Of a DNA stretch of 64,000 nt, positions 14,561-26,544 are shown piece by piece (position 1 is the stretch's first letter; every line of letters begins with the position of its first letter). Under the pieces are notes generated by a model. That model had not been told where the DNA came from and searched no databases. It worked only from the letters and a program-made list of their open reading frames with translations. The DNA lies in assembly GCF_001949145.1 (NCBI RefSeq), contig NW_019091359.1, forward strand, positions 1,748,540-1,812,539, written 5' to 3'. Made by a program: the position numbers and the translations under genes. This stretch comes from Acanthaster planci. Taxonomy: Eukaryota.

Positions 14561-17103
14561 AAAATTATGGGGCTTGGATGACACACAAACCATGCATTTT
14601 ATGCATAAATCTACATGTTTGGGGGAGGGGAACCAGTAAAAAATCAATTTGACAGTTTTCTTCAAAATATTTTTAAGTATCTGCTCATCACCTCACATAT
14701 GCATGCACAGTATACAAGGAAGATTTTCAAAATAACAAAGAATGCTTCAGATGTTTGTAAGAGGAAAAATCACCCTAATTTTCTTTTCTTTTTTTTTCTG
14801 AGGGCACCAGTCATTCTACATGTACATGTAGGCTGAAAATAACGTGATTGGTCATGCGGGATAAATGAGCTACAAGTTGTGATATTGATTGGCCAATACT
14901 AGGGCATTAATATTCACGATCTTAGTCAAAGCCCAGTCCATGACAAAAACTTGTGCTGTTGGGATTCCCCATTTTTGTCTTTTCTGCCATGCTTTAAACA
15001 TTGAAGTTTTTACATATCTTCATTCAGAATCTAGTAGGCCTACATGTATAAAGCAACACTCTGTGAGAAGAGGACGGCTTGAACTGGAGTATGAAATAAA
15101 ATGGAAACAGATTAGGCCCAACGTTTTGCAAGTACACTTCACCCATAGGGTTGTGCACAAAATGTATTATTTTGCTTGTCATCCAAACCCATAATGCATT
15201 GCAAATGTCAAAAAGGTTTATAACTACAAAAGTTAAAATATAATATTAGGTGTCTCCTTTCTATAACTGTACAAGTACATTGTAGGTACCGGTATGTAAA
15301 ATAGGAACTCGTAGAGGGCACCCTATTTGGTCGTTTTCAGCCATAGACATATAAACACGTAGACCACCACCAGTCTAACTATGATTTTAAAAAGTGTGGG
15401 CAAGCAGTGGGCGAAACGATGGATCGCAGTGTGTTTTGTGCAAATTGCACATTACGCACTGGGAATGCATGTATTTGTTTACATGTGCTCTAAAAAGACG
15501 CTCCCTTTTTGCTCTTTTGTGCTGCTATTTCTTCTGTTCAAATATTTCAACCCCACTGTTTCGAATCAGGATGGGCCAGATTAACTCAACAGAGGGTTTT
15601 TTCACAATCGGGAAATTGGGCTTCATGACATTTTATGGCTGAAATTTTTCAACTGTGAGTAAATTCCCTATACCGAGGTGTGAATTTGCCCACGCTTTTG
15701 GATTTAGTCGGTAGCCGTCTCGGCTACGGTACCCCGCCATTGTTTTGAATAGGAGCTGCCCGGCTATGTGTTCATACATGTACAGTATGTCTGTGTTTTC
15801 TGCGTGTCGCGTCTTGGAATCAGTCTTCAACACCAACATCAACAACTGGTGATATATTGCTGTACAAACCAACGGCACTCTTGTTTTTGTATGACATTTT
15901 GAATCATCATCTGTAGATTGAGCTCGCGGGTTTTATCAAGAGTTTACCTGAAAATAGGCCAGTTTGTTTAAGAATAAAACCCTATTATTTTTAAAGTTAC
16001 ATATATTAATCTACATTTGTGAAATTTTTTGTAGAAATTTAACGAATCGCACAAATTTCGTACATGTACGCCCCACCAAAAAGTGATTTTTAGCGGAATG
16101 TTGTTGCACAGTGTGATTTCAATATAGGCAACATCGGTTGCAAATCAAATCCAAAACTACGTTTTAAGTAGCCCAACATTTAAAGTGTTCTTATGCCCAA
16201 TCTATACCTGTCATGTACAAAGAAATAGCCAATCGCAAAGCAGACGAAGATGGATTTTTCTGGCTTCCCTTTTCGACTCTATAATTGAATGGATTCCATG
16301 CTTCATGGCACAAATTTTCACTTTTTGTAACTTGTTTGGCCCTGCAAGTTGTTTTTTTTGGGGGGGGTGAGTGGCATACTAGTCTACCGTAATTAACATT
16401 AATTGTATTGCAGTTAATTACTGAAAAATAACCAGCGGTTACACAGGTAATAACAATCACGTTGACAAGATCTTCATTTTCATTGTTCACGTAAGTTGAT
16501 CTTTCATTGGTGGATGGCCCTGTTCTTGTAATAAGATTTTTTTGATATCAATGAATGAAATTAAAAATAATTAATGGCACAGCGCGGACATCCAGGAGTT
16601 TCACAAAATGGCGCGTGGCAACCAATGAGAACAACTGCAAACAGGGCACGCGTATGTACTAATCAAAGAAATGATTATCTGATCCTCTGACTAGTTGGTA
16701 CACGCCTACATGCACCTCGCCAAGGTCGCTGTTTTCATCGGTTTGTTTGATGCTAAATCCCCCAAAAAGTTTTACTTAATATTCCAGGTATTTAATAAGT
16801 TGTGAAATGATCAGTCCTAAAAAGACTTCAACTGGGTCACAGCTTCCTTAATATGTACGTGTACAGTAGGACATTTAGACGGGAAAATTGTATAATTTCA
16901 TTCCCCCAAATTTCATCACTTCGTTAATTACATCAGACTGAGCTGATTCTTGCATTATTTTATTCCATTTGCAAAGCTTTTTCCAATGACAAGTAATTTA
17001 CTTTCATTACTCACACTTCAAAGTTTCATTTCACATACCTAGGCCTACTTCTATTACATGTATATGGGGGTCCCCAAATATACCATTTCCAGGTAGCTGT
17101 AGG

Positions 17104-17779
17104 CTACTTCTGGAACAGTAAGGCACTACTCCGTAGGCCTTACTGATTCCTGATGTTTGATGGTTCTGTACGCAACGGCATTTTGAAAAGTGCCCTCAAT
17201 TGTTCCAGAGGAAATTTCCATTTCTGCTTTCTTGATAAAATCTTCCCAAAAAAGCCTATAATAATACTATATAGGTAACCTATATAAAACTACCGGGCAT
17301 GTGTGTATAACACAAAAAATAGCTTTTTCTACCATCTTGACCTACAAATCCCTCGACGATCTGCACACATCGGCATTCTGTGGCCGTGCGTCACGTGACA
17401 GAAACAGGTGCAGCGTAACGAGTTTTTATGCTTTGGATAACAGATCCAATAATTCTGACAACTCTCATTAAGATAATGGCTAGAGACGTCACGGAAATAT
17501 GAGTTTAGGGAACCAGACTTATGTAGATGTGTGCGGATCGTCTAGGGATTTATAGGTCAGTAAAGTAGAAAAAAGCTCGTTGTTTACCAATGATGTAGGT
17601 TACGCTCTACAAAATACACACGAGCCCAGTAATTTCATATACATGTAGGTTGCATATTATTAAGGGCTTTTTAGAGGATATTTGATCAAGAAAGCGCAAA
17701 CAGAGCTTTTCTCTGGTACGATTGCCAGGCATTTTTCAAAATGCCATTGCAGAGTAGTGCCTTACTGTTCAGGAAGTGG
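17104..17779. mobile_element. Foldback/MITE with imperfect inverted arms of about 270 bp
   Basis: CTTCTGGAACAGTAAGGCACTACTC…ATCCCTCGACGATCTGCACACATC mirrored by GATGTGTGCGGATCGTCTAGGGATT…GAGTAGTGCCTTACTGTTCAGGAAG. Confidence 0.8.
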
Positions 17780-17986
17780 TTAATTGCTATTTTAGGGACT
17801 TCTACGAATTGGAAATCGCCCAAAGTAATACATCAGAGAATTGATGGGGTGAGTGATTCATACACACAAAAGGGGTTTCATAGAAGGCACTTTCGCTGAG
17901 TCCCACTTTTTGAACGGACCGCTGTGCGGCCTAGGATACGGAGGGAGTCCAGTAGACTGGCCCCCAGTATGGGGCTAAGTGTGACC

Positions 17987-18762
17987 TAGATCCGTAAACA
18001 GGGCCCGACAAATACTCCTCCGTCGTATACTGGGCCCTGTCCGAATACAGAGGGATTTCTTTCAAAAAAATTGTGTTCATTTTATGAGCTGAAATTGCAC
18101 TGGTACAGTGTGTTCACTAATTGTAGAAAACTTGCCATTTCCTCGTTTGGAGGAAACCATGTTGCCCTTTTTCCAGTTTTCCCACCCCGGACGAAGTGTA
18201 CATTACACAGACTCTTTGTATGGTTAAGTAATGGTACCCTGTATGAGAGCCTGTCTGGTTTGCACTCAGACTTCAGTGCCTACGAGTTTCGTTCAGATCT
18301 GCAAGAGTACCTGTCGATCTAAGTACTCTTGGAAAATTACGGCTGTTTTGTGTCGCAGCTAATATGCAATGCCCTTGGCTGGTTTCCTATCCAGTCACAT
18401 ACTGCTTGTGGCAAATCATTGGTAGCACGGCTCTCTCTCTGTGACATGACACAAAAGTGACCAAACAGCTGTCAGTTTTGTGCAAGTGGGGCAAAATTTG
18501 TCCGAAATAGGAAAAGCGCAAAAAAAGGCAACAGCTTTTCCTCCAAACGAGGAAAAGGCGAGTTTTCTGCAATTAGCAACCTAGTGGAAAGTTCACCCTG
18601 TAAGTACACCGTAGTGAACATACCACTGCGCTTTCAGCTCACAAAATCACGCAGACGCCCCCAGATACCCCAGAGAAATTTTTTCAAAAGAAATCCCTAT
18701 GTATCGGGACAGGGCCCAGTATAAAACGGAGGAGTATTCGTCGGGCCCTGTTTACGGGTCTA
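17987..18762. mobile_element. Non-autonomous TIR element (TAG…CTA ends, 9-bp TSD AGTGTGACC); AcademH- or MULE-like
   Basis: TIR TAGATCCGTAAACAGGGCCCGAC… / …GTCGGGCCCTGTTTACGGGTCTA; TSD at 17978-17986 and 18763-18771. Confidence 0.85.
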
Positions 18763-18771
18763 AGTGTGACC

Positions 18772-19553
18772 CAGCCCAGGTTGGATGACGTCTACATTGC
18801 ATTGCGACTAACGTCTAGGGTATAAAGGTCCTCCTATTCCGCCAAATTTTTTTCAACAGTTTTTCTCACATTTTTACCTGATGATACTGTGATGAAATTA
18901 CTAAATACGCCTGTGGACAATGTATTTTGCAGAAAATTCTGTGAAACTCCACGTTTTCCGTCTGGCTTTATGAATGATCTACGTTCGTGTGGTAGTACGC
19001 ATTTGCACATGCGCGAAATGGCTTCTAAGCTCGGCTGACATTCTGTCAGTTATGCATGTTGTTTAGAGCTAGGTCTAGGTCTTCGCTACATCAGAAATAT
19101 GTGGAAACGCGCAGACAATAGACCTAGCCATATCTTTGGAAACCCGTTCAGACATGGCCCCGTATCTGCGACTTTTTGACACCCAACGGCGTGCGCGTAC
19201 GCGTGCTAGGCGAACATGTATCAGTATATATACATGTGCTACTACATGTAGATGGTTAACGAATCGCGACAGAAAGCGTGGAGTTTCGCAGAATTTCCTG
19301 CAAAATACATTGTCCGCAGGCATATTTAGTAATTTCAACACTGCAGTTAGGCCTATGCCATTATGGAATTCAGGATACAAGGCACATGTGAACGATGTTT
19401 TGAGTTGTCTTGGTTGTCTCCGCCATGTACATGTAGGCCTATGAGGTGAAAATGTGAGAAAAAACTGTTGAAAAAAAATTTCGCATAGTTGGAGGATACC
19501 CTGAACGTTAGTCGCAATGCAATGTAGGCCTAGACGGCGTCCAACCTGCGCTA
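18772..19553. mobile_element. Second, unrelated long-TIR non-autonomous element directly adjacent to the previous one
   Basis: TIR CAGCCCAGGTTGGATGACGTCTACATTGCATTGCGACTAACG… / …CGTTAGTCGCAATGCAATGTAG…CCAACCTGCGCTA; flanked by AGTGTGACC (18763-18771) and TGTGTGACC (19554-19562). Confidence 0.82.
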
Positions 19554-19695
19554 TGTGTGACCATGCTTGGAAATTGGAATCATGGGAATGTTATTGTTAG
19601 GCCTGATAATGCCTAACTCACTGGTTAAGTTCAACAATGTTGACATGGTTGAAGTTCATCATGTTCACGTCTGACTAGCCAACCCCCTTACTCAC

Positions 19696-19858
19696 CTAAA
19701 TTCATATTCTCAGTGAGCTTCAACGGAGTCCGGAAAAAGTAGATGAGAAACACAACCAAGAAGAACCAAATCGCCAACAAGTAGGTCCAAATCCAATTCA
19801 GAACACCCTTCAATTTCTCCGATCGCGAAGCAGTTGTAGAACTTCCCTCACCCGCCAT
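19696..19858 (-). CDS. ST7: Suppressor of tumorigenicity 7 (ST7/ST7L family) homologue, first coding exon; the gene continues past the left edge of the window
   Basis: Translates MAGEGSSTTASRSEKLKGVLNWIWTYLLAIWFFLVVFLIYFFRTPLKLTENMNL, matching my recollection of the ST7 N-terminal TM segment (LKSCIVWSWTYLWTVWFFIVLFLVYILRVPLKINDNL). Ends in a phase-1 G|GTGAGT donor. The expected next exon (…TPKFYVALTGTSSLISG…) was not found in 1-19695. Confidence 0.88.
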
Positions 19859-19963
19859 GTTACATTTGCCCCTAAAGTGCACTGGTACCTAACTTCTCTG
19901 CATGCTGCTTTTATGGAAATTCGGTTGGGTATCGTACTATATCCGTCTCGCGTCCCATATTTC

Positions 19964-20197
19964 GGCCGTTTTCCAATACTCGACTTCGGATCCATCTCAA
20001 GCTTCAACTTTTTTGTCACTACCCAACTTTGAAGTTATAAGCGCAATAGTAAGTCTAATAGTACCACAGAACATCAAAAAATACGCAAAAGAGTAAAACA
20101 TTACAGTACTTTAATTTAAACGCTTCAGGTCAACAATCGGGGATTGGTTTTGGAGACGAACTTAGACGGAGACGGAGTTGAATTTGGAAAGCATAGC
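19964..20197. mobile_element. Harbinger-like MITE in the ST7 promoter region (same family as 39973-40171)
   Basis: Left end GGCCGTTTTCCAATACTCGACTT; degenerate right end GACGGAGACGGAGTTGAATTTGGAAA. Confidence 0.6.
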
Positions 20198-20569
20198 AAA
20201 TACAATCTACTTGGCTACGGCTGCAATTTACACGTACATGTAGATGGGAATCAGACGAAGCCGCTAGTTGGGGCTTTCAAACATCTGTCTGTTGTTCCCA
20301 GCCGCAGCCAAGTAACACATACGCGGCTAACGTTATCATCAGATGGCGCTATCACACAAACAAAACAAAAGTAAAGTAAACAAAATCTAGATAGAATGTG
20401 CGCACATGGCTAGGCTCAACACTGTCACTGCGGGGGTTGTTGTTTACGCCACAGCTGAACAGAATTGCGCGGCCGAACAGCCTATCAACTCCTCATGCAT
20501 GGAATTGCAAACAATACCCCAGTTTTTAAATCTGAGTGTTTGGAGTGTTTCCAACGGTATGACCTTCAT

Positions 20570-21150
20570 ACAATGCTAGCAAGCTTATGCACGTCTCCGA
20601 GTCCCGTAAACGACATCCACCCCCCCTTCTTAATTTTTTAAGGTATCCCATTGACAGCTGTACAATCGGTCAAATATCTTGGAGTCACTCTGAATGCTCA
20701 GCTATCTTGGAACGATCATGTTAAGTCTGTAATTTCCTCTGCAAATCACACACTTGCTCTCATCAAAACCATTGCCTTCAACTCTTCTACTTCAGCAAAA
20801 CTTCCCGAAGTTCTCGTGCTTCCCATATCAGAGTATGGTGTACCTGCTTGGCTCCCTCAGACAACTTGAGAAAGCAGGTTGACAACTTGGAGAACTTTCA
20901 AAAAACGTGCGACTTGTTTTATTCTTGGCCAGAAGCATGGTGTGATGAGTTACCCTGGTAGGTTAGAAACTCTGGGTTGGTCTTTCTTATCTTGTCGGCG
21001 TAATTATGCTGTTCTCTCGTCTGTCTCCAAGTGTCTGTTCAATATTGCTGAATGTAATCAGTGTGTTTACAATGTTTCTGTTAATTCCCGCCATATTCAT
21101 GATGTTTTGTTTTAGCATCAGCAAGCTCAGGACCCAATCCCTACATTTAT
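20570..21150 (+). mobile_element. Degenerate CR1/Jockey-group LINE ORF2 C-terminal fragment
   Basis: VQSVKYLGVTL…LSWNDHVKSVISSANHTL…LVLPISEYGVPAWLP…KRAT.FIL…MSYPGRLETLGW..LS.RR. Confidence 0.8.
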
Positions 21151-21792
21151 CTTGTTTCCATGTGTAACCCTGGCCCTATTTAGGTCCAGGTTACTAGTTA
21201 AATGTATGTGTCATTTGTGTATATCACTGTGTATGTTAGACTCCCCAGTATTTCCTTGAAAATGATTTCCTTTTCTTTTGGTTTTAGATACTTTTATGTC
21301 TGTTGTCAGTAGCCTTTAATGCCTGTGTAATTTATGGCTCTTTCCCTTGTCAACTGGGTGGCTTGACTGACCCCTCACTCGATGTCCTCTTTGAGGTCGC
21401 CTACGGGTAAGAGCCAGCTACCCTAAAGGGTGCAGTGTCCCAATTCAAGGAAAATTCTCCGCCAGGCGGAGGCGCACAAAAAGTACCCCCAGAGATTGTT
21501 TCGAAAAGAGGTGTCTGTTTGGGCCAAGAAATGGTGGGATTTTGTCAGTATGGCCCAGGATCATCTCTTTAGATTCAGGGATACCCATCTTGGGGCAAAG
21601 CAGACCAAAATGGGATTGAAAATTAGTCAGAAGAGCACGGGGAAGGTGAGGAATGTCATTTGAAAAATGGCCGCTGGGAGGGCTTGGCAACATTCACTTT
21701 TTGGGGGGTGAGTTTGTTTTGGGCGGATAATTAAACAATTCATTGGTTAACCTACTAAAAATTGAAAATCAAATGAAACCTGAAGGACCAAA

Positions 21793-22349
21793 NNNNNNNN
21801 NNNNNNNNNNNNNNNNNNNNNNNNNNNNNNNNNNNNNNNNNNNNNNNNNNNNNNNNNNNNNNNNNNNNNNNNNNNNNNNNNNNNNNNNNNNNNNNNNNNN
21901 NNNNNNNNNNNNNNNNNNNNNNNNNNNNNNNNNNNNNNNNNNNNNNNNNNNNNNNNNNNNNNNNNNNNNNNNNNNNNNNNNNNNNNNNNNNNNNNNNNNN
22001 NNNNNNNNNNNNNNNNNNNNNNNNNNNNNNNNNNNNNNNNNNNNNNNNNNNNNNNNNNNNNNNNNNNNNNNNNNNNNNNNNNNNNNNNNNNNNNNNNNNN
22101 NNNNNNNNNNNNNNNNNNNNNNNNNNNNNNNNNNNNNNNNNNNNNNNNNNNNNNNNNNNNNNNNNNNNNNNNNNNNNNNNNNNNNNNNNNNNNNNNNNNN
22201 NNNNNNNNNNNNNNNNNNNNNNNNNNNNNNNNNNNNNNNNNNNNNNNNNNNNNNNNNNNNNNNNNNNNNNNNNNNNNNNNNNNNNNNNNNNNNNNNNNNN
22301 NNNNNNNNNNNNNNNNNNNNNNNNNNNNNNNNNNNNNNNNNNNNNNNNN
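21793..22349. other. Assembly gap (other gaps: 26545-27259, 45579-46057, single N at 59914)
   Basis: Runs of N. Confidence 1.
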
Positions 22350-23344
22350 AGCGGCACGTAATGAGGCTTCTACGATTTGTTTCTGAATATTTTCCAGGAT
22401 TTGAGGAAGATATTAAGAGGCATATTGCTTGAAAATTAATTTACATTTATGTTTCTTAGCCTGTTGAATTCCCAATGCCGGCTTTCCAATAGGAAACTTA
22501 ATTTATTTTACCCGTATTTGGCAATGCGTTTGATGGCTACCAGTTCCTTAGAGTTATATATGATAGTACAGAATAGACTTTATGCTAGTTAGCCTAAGCT
22601 TTACATCAGTTTATGATGGCTGGATTTGGCGAGTTGTCATTTTTAGATCAATTTGAGAATTTGAATTTTTTTTTTAGGATGAAGCCTTAACCGAAAAGTT
22701 TATGAGTGGCTTTTATATTTTAATCCTGGTGTTCATGGGCTGAAAGTGTACAGGACGATGTTATTATTAGCATTGTGTTGTGGTGGGAACTTAATTATGA
22801 TATGCTTGTGTGTGTTATTGTAGTATTCTTTTAAATTTTATGTGTCAGTCAAGAAACAAGGCAAGTACAAATTGCTGGTAAAATAGTGTATCAAGCAGAG
22901 TTAATGCCCAGAGACCAAACCAATCACCTATATAACTGGAGTTGGCCTTGTGCAGTGGTCACTTGGTCTGTAGCTGCTTTGATCTGGTTATATTAATCCC
23001 ATGAGGATTCCACAAGGCATTGTTTTATTTCACTGCGGCTAGATTTTGCTATTTGCCTTTCTGTATAATTTAATGGGAGTGTAATGTACCTGCTAGTGGA
23101 CAAGTTCCACTGTATTCCCACTATATCGATCATGATAATGGAATGGACCTGCTCTCTGTTGTAGGCCACAGTTTACCACTTTGGCTGTATGCCCTGGGAC
23201 TGCCAGCTAGACTCGTGCAACGCTGGGCACCCAAGACACCCGGATTTGAGCCTTGAGGACAGCCCAAGGTCCTGTGTCCTGTGGAGTGCATACATGTAGC
23301 CCGAACTTGTTGCTCCGGCAAGGCACCGGCTGGACAGTATCTAG

Positions 23345-25005
23345 TTACAAAAATGCCTTTATCTTTACGAATATAATTCGTTTGACAAGTTCAAAGAAAC
23401 GACTTGGACGCCCTTAGATAGCTTTCACAGCAGTTTAAAACAAGAAACCGTGAGTGAGCTAAAACATTTGATAGTCCAACGAGTTTGGGAAGCTTTCAAT
23501 TGGTTGTCGTACCCCGGGGGACTACCACGATCTCCACATCGAAACAGACACGTTGTTGCTCACGGATGTGTTTCAAACCTTCACCGCGTTTGTCGAGCCT
23601 ACTAGAAGACCTCAATCCGGCCAACTTCTACACAGCACCCGGTCTCTCTTGCATGGGACGTGCCACTAAAACATTCTGACGTTAAACTAGAGTTGTTGAC
23701 AGACACTGACATGCACTTGTTTTTGGACGCGCCAAACGACGTGGTGTAGCTAGTGTGGGTGGTGATCGATACTTTAAATTTAAGCCAACAACAAATACCT
23801 GCCAGACTACGACGCCAGTCAGCCCTCCACTAAGTTACGGGGTCTACCTCGATGCCAACAACCTCTAAGGATGGAGCATGTCTCAACCGTTACCTTACGG
23901 TAACTTTAGCTGGGTAAAGCCCCACAAGTTCTCAAAAGACCGCGTGCTGAGGCTTTCGCCCTACTCTAAAACGGGTTTCTACTCGAAGTTGACCCGACTA
24001 CCCCCAAAACCTCCACGACCAACAAAACGATTTTCTTTTGGCACCCGAGAACCTTATGATACCCGAAGATTGGCTTTCTAACTACCAAAGAGATCTCTTA
24101 GACCAGCAAGAGAGATCGACAAATTAACAATGATGCTTTTGCCTAAACGCAAGTAGTATGTGGTGCACCACCGCACGGTGCAGACCAATTTGCGTCTGGG
24201 TCTAGAGTTGAAAACAGTACACCGCGTGTTATCTTTTGCGAAAAAACCTTGGATGCAAAGCTATACATCGATGAGAACACCCAACTAAGGACTCAAGCTA
24301 ATTTATAAGACAGATTTTGAAAAAGACTTTTCTAAATTGATGAACAACTCAGTTTTTGGTAAAACGATGGAAAACGTGAGAAAACATTTCGATGGGCGCA
24401 TGTTGAGAGACGAAAAGGATGCGGGTCTTTTTCAAACGTTTGTCTTGTCAAGCCAACTATAAAACAAAGACGGCTTTCTCGAGTGCGAGTTGTCGTTTGT
24501 AGAGTCCTCTAGAACTAAAACGGTGTTGAAAAAAAACGATCTATTATGGGGCCACTGTGACGGACCTCTCTAAAAAGCTCATGTATGAATTCTACTACAA
24601 CACATTAAAACGCGATTTTAAAAATCGAGTGAAGTTGTCTATAGATACAGATAGTCTACTCGTGCAGCTTCAAACGAGAGACGTGCATACTCGAAAAAAA
24701 GACCAGTTAGACTTAAAGATGAGTTTGGGGAAAAGCTCTTGTCGGATTGCGTTGCTATAAGACCCAAGATGTATAGTATTTTAACGTTTGACCCGTGAAC
24801 GCTTGATCCACACACGCTGAAAAAAGCCAAAGGAGTGACCAAGGTCGTTATAAGCAAACACCTGTCGCACGAGAACTACAAAGCTTGCTTGTTTCAACAA
24901 CGTCAAAGCTCTTTTAACCAACGCCTTTTTAGATCTTACAAACATCAGCTGTTTACGATAACACAAAACAAATTGTCGCTGAGTCTTTTGGTTTCGAAAC
25001 GGTAA
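23345..25005 (+). pseudogene. Degenerate protein-primed family-B DNA polymerase (pPolB) of a Maverick/Polinton-like element
   Basis: Across frameshifts and stops: YHDLH.ETDTLLLTDVF, PANFYTAPGLS, KLELLTDTDM, YLDANNL*GWSMSQPLPYGNF (motif A), [17 protein letters not shown] (motif B), IDTDSL (motif C), RPKMYS, KKAKGV, RSYKHQLFTITQNKLSLS. Confidence 0.92.
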
Positions 25006-25600
25006 ATGTGGGAAACGATTAACATATATTATGATTTTGCTTGATTAGTCACTAATTGGACCAACAGAGGGCGCTCGTCTACTTACTGTTTGAGTCAATT
25101 GCCAAAATGTAGTCAGCTGGATATGCAAATTAGTCTAAAAATAGAACTGTACCCATGCAGCGGAGGGATATGTCTGCAACGACTTAGATTTTTGGCTGGT
25201 AAAGACGAGTTGAAAAGAAAAAAAGAGTTGGCTTTGCAAGAAGAGGAAGAAGGTGAGTTTTCGTAATGGTGTCTTGTGAACCCTAAGCCACGCCGGCTGG
25301 TGCGGACTGTTTGCCTCCTCCGCTGCTACTGCAGGAACGATTATCAATGTGATTCCAATCAAATCTGAATTACAACAAATCAGCACATCTGAAACTACTG
25401 GACGCCTGCTTCTCTGGAATATTACTCTGGTGTTTGTATTCGTCACAAGTGAGACCAGGCCCGGTTGTCAAGTCTGACATGTTGACTACGTTCATGCCAA
25501 GCTGAGCGCGCCCAGCAGCGCCACCCCGCGCATACTACATACATCTTACCAAACGGTGTAGATACCTTGGCTTATGGACGTTACAGAGCTGGTGGTAAAT

Positions 25601-26040
25601 TTAGTTGGGCGGTAACGCTGTATCTTCGGGTACCACTTGAAGCTCTTCTCGCACAAAAGAGCATTTTGGGCCGTCAGTCAGCCTACAGCGTTGGACCCGT
25701 CGTTACCTTTTTACCGTGAACTCGTTTGAAGTGACTCGTGCGCTTTTCGATTTGGTACACGTTTACACCCCAAATAGGATTGGTTGCTCTCCTGACTGTG
25801 CCACCCTCTTGCTAGGGGATATTACCCGGGTAATAGAAGTATCGAACCAACGCGTCTCTGTTTTTTCTGACTCTTTTTTTTCTGGGGAGCAGCTGGCAAC
25901 TGTTTTATTCGATTTCGCTTGATAGTTTCCAAAGGACATACTACCTCGCTCGTCTCAAATTAACCTGGTTTTTTTTATTCGTTTAGAGCTTTCACGTCTT
26001 GGGGCAACCTTGATACCCATTCCACGTTTCGTTCACTTGA
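25601..26040 (-). pseudogene. C-terminal fragment of a Polinton/adintovirus-type retroviral-like integrase (degenerate)
   Basis: Minus strand reads SERNVEWVSRLPQDVKALNE*KTRL … LVRYFYYPG…EGGTVRRATNPIWGVNVYQIE … DGPKCSFVREELQVVPEDTALPPN*. This resembles the EWV.RLP.V..ALN / RRATDP.WS / GPKR.FVREEL..VP tail I recall from Polinton-like integrases. Confidence 0.7.
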
Positions 26041-26124
26041 ATTTAATATTTCTTGTGCGTACTGATAACCAAACAATCTTTGGGCGAGAGTCCTGTTAAA
26101 CCTATCTACTATCCCTTGCGATCC

Positions 26125-26544
26125 ATGAACCCCCGTTCACCTACTAGCACTTGGACACCCTTCTTTACGAGCGTTTTTAAGACTCTCCTCGAAACTCGGA
26201 ACTCGGAAAGACGTGAAGTAGTTATCACTCACAACCCGCGTACCATAGCCGCTAATCAAAAGCGTATCGTAAGGTTACCTCCCGTCGACGTTATCGTTCC
26301 CGGTACGATCAAACTCACGTTTAAAATCGATCTAGACGGAGCAACACATGATAACCGAACGGTGTACAATAACCTGGCTCGCAACTTGGTCAAAGAAATT
26401 TCGAGTTATATCGATGCCGACGTGTTTCACAATTTTAAAGACAGCTAGTTGCCCGTAACTCAGACCCAAAACATGGCTTACTACGGTTTAGAAAGGGAAA
26501 ACGCACGATCAATATGTCTAGTATTTCTGGATTTCAAGGTGAAA
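26125..26544 (+). pseudogene. Probable N-terminal fragment of a Polinton/adintovirus major capsid protein, running into an assembly gap
   Basis: RREVVITHNPRTIAANQKRIVRLP..DVIVPGTIKLTFKIDLDG…NRTVYNNLARNLVKEI…DADVFHNFKD resembles the VIT.NP..I..NQ.L.VRFP…DVIVPGT..L.F N-terminus of capsid-like ORFs in invertebrate Polinton-like elements. It sits next to pPolB and the integrase. Confidence 0.55.

Noticed and set aside
17978..19562. CRISPR-like repeat-spacer reading of the three GTGTGACC repeats
   Set aside because: Eukaryotic context, 9-bp repeats and 780-bp TIR-bounded 'spacers'; these are target-site duplications.
25135..25600. Segment between pPolB and the integrase fragment as an additional viral gene
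   Set aside because: Only short, unrecognisable peptides; cannot be assigned without a profile search.
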